From assembly GCA_021790235.1 (NCBI GenBank), contig JAJYID010000004.1:1-50279 (forward strand): a DNA stretch of 50,279 nt, written 5' to 3'. Source of the DNA: a bacterium (lineage in GTDB: Bacteria; Patescibacteriota; CPR2; UBA1875; JAJYID01). Under the pieces are notes generated by a model that did no database searches, was not told the DNA's origin, and saw only the letters and a list, made by a program, of their open reading frames with translations. Made by a program: the position numbers and the translations under genes. Below, piece by piece: positions 43,310-50,279 of this stretch (positions within the stretch are counted from its first letter, which is position 1; the number at the start of each line of letters is the position of its first letter).

Positions 43310-43927
43310 ATGAAAGATTATAAATTTATCAGTATTGACCTACAAAGAGACTTCACAGATGTAAAAGGTGTTTGTTATAAAGAAAGACCCTCAGTAGATT
43401 TTGTGAAAAATTATTTGAATCCATTCTCTACTGAGAATAATGTAAAGATCAATGAAATCATATCTGACTATAGGGCGCCAAGGCTTGGTGATCGGGGAGA
43501 TCTTTGTTATCCGGGCGAATGGGGGTATGAGTCTATCATTGCAAATGAAGCAAAGAACTCTGATATATATGTCAAATGTATGAACTCACCTATTTGGACA
43601 AGAGAAAATATTGGGGTTCCTGATTCGAAACCAGGGATACCCTATCAAGACCCGAAGAGATTTGATAGTTGGATAGAAAAGACTATAGGAAAGCCACAAG
43701 ATGAAGTGGGTATTGTGTTATTTGGGTTAACAGTTGATTGTTGCGTTCTTTGCACAGCTCAAGAGTTAAACTTTAGAGGATATAACGTTTATATTTTAGA
43801 AGAAGCTACTGATACATATTCAGGGAGTTTAGAAGAAAAAGAGATTGTGTTAAATAATCCACCACTGACCAATTGGGCAGAAAAAATTAGTTGGGAAGAA
43901 GTAAAAAGTAGTGTAGGGAAAAAATAG
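43310..43927 (+). CDS. isochorismatase-family (cysteine hydrolase) protein
   Basis: ISIDLQRDF (catalytic Asp) and [15 protein letters not shown] (catalytic Cys region). Confidence 0.65.
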   Translation: MKDYKFISIDLQRDFTDVKGVCYKERPSVDFVKNYLNPFSTENNVKINEIISDYRAPRLGDRGDLCYPGEWGYESIIANEAKNSDIYVKCMNSPIWTRENIGVPDSKPGIPYQDPKRFDSWIEKTIGKPQDEVGIVLFGLTVDCCVLCTAQELNFRGYNVYILEEATDTYSGSLEEKEIVLNNPPLTNWAEKISWEEVKSSVGKK

Positions 43928-43929
43928 AA

Positions 43930-46791
43930 ATGGCGGACGAAGAAATAAGAGATTTAAACAAAATCGGAAAAATCGAACCTCGGGACATCAACGACGAGAT
44001 GCAGGAGAGCTATCTTGACTATGCAATGAGTGTGATTGTAGCTCGAGCTCTTCCTGATGTTCGTGATGGACTTAAGCCGGTACATCGAAGAATCCTGTAC
44101 GCGATGGAAAAACAAGGCGTTCGAAGTTCGGGAAGATATAAAAAGTCCGCGAATATCGTCGGTGAAGTTCTGGGTAAATATCATCCGCATGGCGACACCG
44201 CCGTTTACGACAGTATGGTTAGAATGGCCCAAGAGTGGAGCACTAGATATCTGCTCGTAGATGGACAAGGAAACTTCGGTTCTATGGATGGTGACTCGGC
44301 CGCAGCCTACAGATACACTGAAGCCAAAATGACCAAAGTTTCTGAGGAGCTTTTATCCGACATTGATAAAGACACGGTCGACTTTGTGCCGAACTACGAT
44401 GGTTCGCACAAAGAGCCACAAGTCTTGCCGGCAAAACTGCCGAATCTTCTCCTAAACGGTCAGATTGGTATTGCTGTTGGTATGGCGACCGCCATTCCTC
44501 CTCACAATCTTGGGGAACTGGTTGATGCAATTGCCGAACTAATTGATAATCCCGAGGCTACAGTTGAAGACCTGATTCAGCACGTCAAAGGCCCGGATTT
44601 CCCGACAGGCGGCATCATTTACAACGTCGAAGATATCAAGACGGCATACGCGACAGGTCGGGGAAAAATTGTAGTCAGAGGAGTTGCCGAAATCGAAGAA
44701 AAGAAAAAAGGCGGCTTCAGGATCGCAATTAGCGAAGTGCCGTATCAAGTTAACAAAGCCACATTGGTCGAAAAAATTGCAGATTTAGTTAAAGAAAAGA
44801 AAATTTTAGGGATCAGCGATCTTCGCGATGAATCTGATCGAAAGGGTGTTCGTGTTGTCGTAGAGCTAAAAAGAGACGCTCAACCAAACAAAATATTAAA
44901 CCAGCTTTACAAAATGACACAGCTTCAGTCAGCTTTCCACGTGAATATGATTGCTCTCGTCGACGGTATTCAGCCGAGAATTCTGACTCTGAAAAATGTC
45001 TTGGAAGAGTTTATAAAGCATAGATTCCAAGTTGTGACACGCAGAACTCAGTTTGAACTTGCTAAGGCGAAAGCTCGCGCCCACATTCTCGAGGGACTTC
45101 TGATTGCTCTTAAACGCATTGATGAAGTTATTGAAACGATCAAAAAATCGAAAGACAAAGAAGTTGCCAAGGTTAATTTGATGAAGAAATTCAAATTATC
45201 AGAAATACAGGCGCAGGCAATTCTTGATATGCGACTTCAGACTTTGGCCGGACTTGAGCGCCAGAAAATTCAGGATGAATATGACGAGCTTATGAAGCTA
45301 ATCGCAAAGCTTGAAGATATTTTGGCTCACCCGAAAAAGATTTACGGCATCATCAAAGAAGAACTGGCTGAAATGAAAGATAAATATGGTGATGAGAGAC
45401 GAACCAAAGTGGTCGAAACCGGCATCGGTGATTTCTCTGACAAAGACCTTATACCAAACGACGAGATGATAGTGACCATGACTAAGGGAAACTATATTAA
45501 GAGAATTCCAGTCACCACCTATCGCGTTCAAAACAGAGGTGGTAAGGGAGTCGTTGGCATGAAAACTAAGGAAGAGGACCTGGTTGCGCACATGATTTTC
45601 ACCAGAAACCATGACAATATTCTCTTCTTTACCAACAGGGGAAGAGTATTTCAGACACCGGTATATGAGCTGCCGGAAGCCTCGAGAATTGCCAAAGGTC
45701 AGCCGATAGTCAATGTGTTGCAGCTGGCTCCTGAGGAGGTTGTTACTGTCATTATTAATGTCCCGGATGAAAAAGAAGGCAAATATTTAATGATGGCTAC
45801 GAAGAAAGGGACGATTAAAAAGACACCTTTGGAGAATTTCTCGAATATCCGAAAAACCGGCATTATTGCCATTGGTCTTGATAAGAATGATGAACTCAAA
45901 TGGGTGAAAATGACTGATGGTGCCAGTGATATAATTTTGGCTACCAAAAACTCTCTGGCCATTAGATTTAACGAGAAAGATGTCCGACCGATGGGGCGAG
46001 TTGCACGCGGTGTTCGCGGTATACGGCTAAAATCAGATGACGAAGTGGTAGGTATGGATCCGATAGTGCCGAGTGGAGAGCTGCTTGTGGTTATGGAAAA
46101 CGGATATGGGAAAAGGACAAAACTCGAGCAATTTACATCGCACAGGCGCGGAGGTGTTGGTATCAAGGCCGGTGTGGTTACTAAGAAGACCGGCAAGACG
46201 GTAGATGTCCGTGTAATAGTTGATGACAAAGGCGACCTAGTTATTGTTTCGGCGCAAGGCGTAATTATCCGTACACCGCTTGCTAAGATTTCCAAAATCG
46301 GGCGGGCGACCCAGGGTGTGAGAATAATGAGAATGGATGATCAGGACAGGGTTGCGTCAGTGGCTTGCATTGCTGAGGACGAAGAAGATGAGAATAAACA
46401 ACAACAGATTCCGTTGGAGGTTAAAAATGACAGTTCAAAAGTAAAAAGTAAATCGGTTCAAGTTTTTAAAAAGAAAGCAACAAATAACAACCAACCATTA
46501 GTAGCTAAAAAGAAAAACACTACAAAGAAGTTTAAAACTCAAAAATCCAAAACTTCAATCATGGTTCAACAAAAGGCAGTCAAATCGCTACAATCAAAAT
46601 CTTCAAAAGTAAAAAAAACAGCCAAAGCATCTAAGAAAATTACTGCTAAAAAACCTGCAGTCAAAAAACAAAGTTCGACACAAAAAGGTCGGTCAGTTGC
46701 CTTTAAAAAGACTGCTGTTAAACCTGCGACAAAGTCCAAAAATACACTTGCAAACTTCAAAATAACCCAGGTAAAAGTCAAGAAAAAATAA
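43930..46791 (+). CDS. gyrA: DNA gyrase subunit A with a lysine-rich C-terminal extension
   Basis: [25 protein letters not shown] (active-site Tyr) and C-terminal beta-pinwheel repeats. The last 138 aa are low-complexity and Lys-rich. Confidence 0.95.
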   Translation: MADEEIRDLNKIGKIEPRDINDEMQESYLDYAMSVIVARALPDVRDGLKPVHRRILYAMEKQGVRSSGRYKKSANIVGEVLGKYHPHGDTAVYDSMVRMAQEWSTRYLLVDGQGNFGSMDGDSAAAYRYTEAKMTKVSEELLSDIDKDTVDFVPNYDGSHKEPQVLPAKLPNLLLNGQIGIAVGMATAIPPHNLGELVDAIAELIDNPEATVEDLIQHVKGPDFPTGGIIYNVEDIKTAYATGRGKIVVRGVAEIEEKKKGGFRIAISEVPYQVNKATLVEKIADLVKEKKILGISDLRDESDRKGVRVVVELKRDAQPNKILNQLYKMTQLQSAFHVNMIALVDGIQPRILTLKNVLEEFIKHRFQVVTRRTQFELAKAKARAHILEGLLIALKRIDEVIETIKKSKDKEVAKVNLMKKFKLSEIQAQAILDMRLQTLAGLERQKIQDEYDELMKLIAKLEDILAHPKKIYGIIKEELAEMKDKYGDERRTKVVETGIGDFSDKDLIPNDEMIVTMTKGNYIKRIPVTTYRVQNRGGKGVVGMKTKEEDLVAHMIFTRNHDNILFFTNRGRVFQTPVYELPEASRIAKGQPIVNVLQLAPEEVVTVIINVPDEKEGKYLMMATKKGTIKKTPLENFSNIRKTGIIAIGLDKNDELKWVKMTDGASDIILATKNSLAIRFNEKDVRPMGRVARGVRGIRLKSDDEVVGMDPIVPSGELLVVMENGYGKRTKLEQFTSHRRGGVGIKAGVVTKKTGKTVDVRVIVDDKGDLVIVSAQGVIIRTPLAKISKIGRATQGVRIMRMDDQDRVASVACIAEDEEDENKQQQIPLEVKNDSSKVKSKSVQVFKKKATNNNQPLVAKKKNTTKKFKTQKSKTSIMVQQKAVKSLQSKSSKVKKTAKASKKITAKKPAVKKQSSTQKGRSVAFKKTAVKPATKSKNTLANFKITQVKVKKK

Positions 46792-46799
46792 GATTTTTC

Positions 46800-46828
46800 T
46801 TGACTTTTACTCGAAGCTTTTTTATTAT
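46800..46828 (+). promoter_or_regulatory. sigma70-like promoter just after gyrA
   Basis: TTGACT, 17-nt spacer, TATTAT. Confidence 0.45.
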
Positions 46829-47253
46829 CGAAATACTTACACTTCTTTGGGCAAATGTTCAAGGGAGCAGATAAAATATTAGCTCTCGAAAAAGAGCAGG
46901 TGAAAAACAAAAATAAAAATGCCGGTTTGAACCGGAAAAAATTAACATTTTTAGATTTTGGAAGGTGAGGCTAAGCTCTATGGGGGCGCCGATACAGTAA
47001 CGGATGAGAATGGTCACCAGGCGTCTATGGGGTAGTCGATTTTGCTTTATTATAAGTAAATTTTGATAGGCCAATGGTGAAACCGATCACTTTTCCTCGA
47101 GTTTAATTTGTCTAAAGAATTTCTAATTCTTATTTGACATTTCATTCTGGAGGGAGGGTGATCGGTTTTAGTTTTGTAAAAAATCGAGCTTCCAAATCTC
47201 TTTATAAAATTTTATAAATATCAAATCAAAACGGAGGGAACTAAGAGGAGAAA

Positions 47254-48849
47254 ATGAAAAAACTAAAAAGTAAAATTAAAGATCTTAAGAAAGGACTGAT
47301 AATCTTTGCGTGTCTCATGTTAGTCATCCAGGCAGTTGTAGTGACAGGAGTTCCGGCAAAAACCATGGCGGCTGTACCGGGGGCAAAAACCATGACATCA
47401 AAAAATGCAAACATCCCGCCAACAAACCATGTGGTAATCTCTGAAGTTCAAGTTTCAGGAGCTTCACCCAATGATGAGTTTGTGGAACTTTATAATCCGA
47501 CAGGCAATCCTGTAAATCTATTAGGTTGGAGGTTGTCAAAAAAAACAAGTGGCGGTACTCTGCAGACATTAGTTAACAGTCTCAGCGGTACTATCCAGGC
47601 ATATGGATTCTTCCTGATAACTCCGCAAAGTGGTTACACAGGAAAGATAGCAGCGGATGCCGTGTATTCACAAACTTCAACCTTTATCGCAAATGATAAT
47701 ACAGTCTTACTCTATAGCGACGCGGGGTTGACGCTCGTTGATAAGGTTGGGTTTGGAGCAGCATTAGACTATGAGACGGCGGCATATCTGGAGAATCCGT
47801 CGGTAAACCAAAGTATTAAAAGAACTCCTGTATGGCAGGACACAAATGATAACAAAATTGATTTTCAGCTAAATACTACCGCAGATCCAGAAAATTCAAC
47901 CAGTACACTCATGATTCCGCCGTCTGATCTCACAGAAGTAACACCGGTCACAAAACTAACTAATAATTCAACCCCCAGCTATACCTTTTATTCTTCTGAA
48001 GCAGGAAATATTACTTATGGCGGTGATTGCTCAAGTGCTACTAAGGCAGCCACAGCGGGTGATAATACTATTACATTCAACGCGCTAGCCGACGGACTGC
48101 ACAATAACTGTACCATTACTGTGACTAACACAAGTAACAATGGAAGCACTCTCAGTATTTCGTCTTTCACAGTTGATACAACTGACCCGACATTTAAAGC
48201 TACGCCCAACCCGCCAGTAGCCGGACCGGGAGTAAAGACAGTAGATATTACAGTCACCTCAAGCGAAGCGCTTGCCAAAGCACAACATAATAACTATGAT
48301 GGGAAATCTTATGAACTTATGATTACTATGACCGGTGATGGTACTCCCACTACAGTCTATCTTAATCCTGATTCGTCTGATGCTACAGGTAAAACCTTCA
48401 AATATACTTACACTATCCAGTCCATTGCTCAAAATGAAACAGTTTCGATTAATGCTAGTGGTGAAGATTTGGCTGGTAATGGTGTCAGTGGTAGTTCATG
48501 CGGCACTTTTGAAGTGAACAATCTTTCTCCGGTTGTGCCGAATTCTGCGCCAACGGTAACCCCAGCGGTAGCAACGGTTACAACTAATCCGGGACCGATC
48601 ATTCAGAATGATCAAGTCGGTTCAAGTTCTGACCAGAGTGAAGTTAAGGCAGATAATACATCAAAGCCAGGTAACTCAAACAACTCGGATGACAATACTA
48701 ATCAGAAAAAAACAGAGACGAAAGACCAGAAAAATGTCCCGTTATGGGGTATCATATTTCTGCTGATTTTAGCCGGGATAGGCGGTTACCTCTTCTACTC
48801 GCAAAGCCCAGATAAACCAAGTAAGGGGAAAACGGTTCGGAAAAAATAA
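47254..48849 (+). CDS. lamin-tail-domain (LTD) surface protein with signal peptide, Ig-like Thr/Ser-rich middle and C-terminal TM anchor
   Basis: LTD signature VVISEVQVSGASPNDEFVELYNPTGNPVNLLGWRL. N-terminal signal/TM segment. C-terminal WGIIFLLILAGIGGYLFY followed by a basic tail. Confidence 0.75.
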   Translation: MKKLKSKIKDLKKGLIIFACLMLVIQAVVVTGVPAKTMAAVPGAKTMTSKNANIPPTNHVVISEVQVSGASPNDEFVELYNPTGNPVNLLGWRLSKKTSGGTLQTLVNSLSGTIQAYGFFLITPQSGYTGKIAADAVYSQTSTFIANDNTVLLYSDAGLTLVDKVGFGAALDYETAAYLENPSVNQSIKRTPVWQDTNDNKIDFQLNTTADPENSTSTLMIPPSDLTEVTPVTKLTNNSTPSYTFYSSEAGNITYGGDCSSATKAATAGDNTITFNALADGLHNNCTITVTNTSNNGSTLSISSFTVDTTDPTFKATPNPPVAGPGVKTVDITVTSSEALAKAQHNNYDGKSYELMITMTGDGTPTTVYLNPDSSDATGKTFKYTYTIQSIAQNETVSINASGEDLAGNGVSGSSCGTFEVNNLSPVVPNSAPTVTPAVATVTTNPGPIIQNDQVGSSSDQSEVKADNTSKPGNSNNSDDNTNQKKTETKDQKNVPLWGIIFLLILAGIGGYLFYSQSPDKPSKGKTVRKK

Positions 48850-48860
48850 TTCTAAAAATA

Positions 48861-48888
48861 AAAAAGGCCCGTAAAAAGGGTCTTTTTT
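48861..48888 (+). terminator. rho-independent terminator
   Basis: AAGGCCC-gtaaaaa-GGGTCTT followed by a T-run. Confidence 0.7.
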
Positions 48889-48938
48889 ATTTGTGGCTTT
48901 TGCTTGATTTGATTTTACCTATAATTTATAATTTTTCT

Positions 48939-49115
48939 ATGGAAGATAAAAGTAAAAAAACAGAGGAAGAACTTGAAAAGGGGCAAGAACTTTGTCCTAA
49001 ATGTGGCAATCTAATGATACGGGAGGGCGGAGAACTTATTTGTTCCAGTTGTTCTAAGGACATTGATTTTTTCGGTGATGATGAAGAAATTACAGACGGC
49101 CTAAATAAAAAATGA
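48939..49115 (+). CDS. small zinc-ribbon protein (58 aa)
   Basis: CPKCGN...(11 aa)...CSSC. ATG 48939 lies 7 nt after a TATAAT, so it is probably leaderless. The ORF-track start at 48891 would include the promoter. Confidence 0.5.
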   Translation: MEDKSKKTEEELEKGQELCPKCGNLMIREGGELICSSCSKDIDFFGDDEEITDGLNKK

Positions 49116-49513
49116 ATTTTCTAAATAAAATTTTTTCTGCAAACTATCTTTTTTCTACGAATGAAGAGTTTAAAAACTGGTATATTTACCTGCCGATTTT
49201 TGGTAGTATGGTTATCATTGCCTTTCTAGCTAGTCAGTTTTTTAAACATCAGGTGGACTACAGCGCGAAGAAACCTTTTTCCAGACAGTTCTTCTGGATA
49301 TATCTTTTCTGGGGGCTGACCGGACTGCTTTTTCTTTTTGCTCGTGCTCAATATTTGCCCACATTCGGATCTAGATTTTTTCTCTTTTTAGTACTATCCC
49401 TCTTCATTATTTCCAATATTTGGCTGATCATTTATTACAAGAAATACACAAAAAAAGCACAGCTGAAACTTGCTGACAAAAAAAGAAAAGAAAAATGGTT
49501 AAGAAAGAGATGA
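49112..49513 (+). CDS. small integral membrane protein (3-4 TM segments) with a basic tail
   Basis: ATGA overlap with the upstream gene. Hydrophobic segments YIYLPIFGSMVIIAFLA, FFWIYLFWGLTGLLFLF and FFLFLVLSLFIISNIWLIIY. Confidence 0.55.
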   Translation: MNFLNKIFSANYLFSTNEEFKNWYIYLPIFGSMVIIAFLASQFFKHQVDYSAKKPFSRQFFWIYLFWGLTGLLFLFARAQYLPTFGSRFFLFLVLSLFIISNIWLIIYYKKYTKKAQLKLADKKRKEKWLRKR

Positions 49514-49598
49514 GGGAGAGTTAAAACTGTCAGATTGTTTTTAATAATAGAGTTTGAAAGTCAATTTTTATGTCAGCCAAATTGTATTATTATTTAAA

Positions 49599-50090
49599 CT
49601 ACACCCCTTCTTCGTAGAGCCGATCGAGTTCTTCTCCGAGTTTAACCATATCTGCGTCGCCATAGCCCGGATAATATTTTTTAAATTCTCGCGGATTATG
49701 AATATATTCTAATGCTATGTCGGGACTGATCTTTGGAAGTAACTCCTGCACTTTGGCAAAAATTTCTTCATCAGATATATTTCGTTCAGTTCGTTCAGCC
49801 ATTTCAGCATTCATATCACCTTTAGCTTGGTTGATAAACTCATCTAAATTTTGATCTTTTACTGCTTTTGCTGCCTGCACATTCTCCTTTAGTTCCTTAT
49901 TTGCACTTTCGACAGCGGCTCCCATATGCTTGCGCACACCTTCTGATAGATTGAGATCGTATCTTTCTCCATAGTCACTTTCTCCCTCGAGTTTATTATC
50001 TTGGATATTTTTTAAATCTTTGACATTTTCTGCATCTTCTTTATGTTGGCTATACATTTCTTCAGGATTTGGTCCCATCTCTGCTCCCAT
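49599..50090 (-). CDS. hypothetical acidic protein (163 aa)
   Basis: Uninterrupted ORF with GGAGATAAT just upstream on the minus strand. No motif recognised. Confidence 0.5.
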   Translation of the reverse strand: MGAEMGPNPEEMYSQHKEDAENVKDLKNIQDNKLEGESDYGERYDLNLSEGVRKHMGAAVESANKELKENVQAAKAVKDQNLDEFINQAKGDMNAEMAERTERNISDEEIFAKVQELLPKISPDIALEYIHNPREFKKYYPGYGDADMVKLGEELDRLYEEGV

Positions 50091-50191
50091 ATTATCTCCT
50101 TAATTTAAATATATGCATATTATAACTATTTTTATAATTATGTAAACATTGATAGGTAATGTGCGGTCGAGGCTTCGAGCATCTTGGACAC

Positions 50192-50279
50192 TCATACATT
50201 AAAATCTATTGTAGCATGTTCAAATCCGGGTAAGCTATTTAAGTATTCAAGCGGTGTCTTCATACCTAAAGACTGGTGC
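50192..50279 (-). mobile_element. C-terminal end of a DDE (rve-type) transposase/integrase; the gene continues beyond the window
   Basis: The minus strand reads HQSLGMKTPLEYLNSLPGFEHATIDFNV*. HxSLGxxTPxE(Y/F) is the typical C-terminal signature of IS481/IS3-type rve-domain transposases. Confidence 0.6.

Noticed and set aside
45699-46295. 198-aa ORF on the minus strand. Many other 60-155-aa antisense or alternate-frame ORFs lie inside argS, the helicase, the ATPase, pyrG, pheS/T, gyrB and gyrA.
   Set aside because: They lie entirely within strongly conserved genes on the opposite strand or in another frame. Their composition is low in complexity and they have no initiation signals.

Overview
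This 50.3-kb window is mostly plus-strand coded and moderately low in GC. Its many small or insertion-bearing housekeeping proteins and its repeat types suggest a Candidate Phyla Radiation/Patescibacteria-like bacterium (inference only). The genetic code is standard: TAA, TAG and TGA all terminate long conserved ORFs.

Recognisable content, in order:
- 3' part of tmRNA, prmC, a GGDEF cyclase, tRNA-Ala(GGC), a GNAT gene, smpB and argS.
- A membrane protein with a degenerate PP2C-like domain.
- A UvrD-type helicase fused to a Cas4/AddB-type Fe-S nuclease, a P-type ATPase and a frameshifted pyk.
- An AsnB-like synthetase domain overlapping a bacterial Elp3, then pyrG and an M16 peptidase remnant.
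- SprT-like and MBL hydrolases, tRNA-Pro(CGG), rmuC and a Nudix gene.
- pheS, a small ORF and pheT, an L,D-transpeptidase, and a VirD4/TraG-like ATPase.
- gyrB, an isochorismatase-family gene, gyrA, and a lamin-tail-domain surface protein.
- The C-terminal end of a DDE transposase at the right edge.

Main second-look items:
1. Three tandem copies of a tRNA-Ala 3'-end/terminator module separate gene cassettes that carry no recognisable integrase. The first cassette is a GC-rich operon: an HD hydrolase, a Cys-rich protein and a Gly-rich 12-codon ORF.
2. A GTCAT(T/C)CC...GGAATCCC hairpin-repeat family occurs in intergenic inverted pairs and as four in-frame copies inside the helicase-nuclease gene. 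Other in-frame repeat insertions lie in elp3 and gyrB.
3. A standalone AsnB-type synthetase domain is translationally coupled to Elp3. It is a candidate enzyme for amidating cm5U to ncm5U.
4. Several GC-richer mini-cassettes with strong GGAGGT Shine-Dalgarno sites encode small proteins, including a recurring zinc-ribbon type. They are wedged between housekeeping genes that look leaderless.
5. GyrA carries a 138-aa lysine-rich C-terminal tail.

No CRISPR array, rRNA or known defence system was recognised. All product calls rest on motif recognition by eye. No database search was run.
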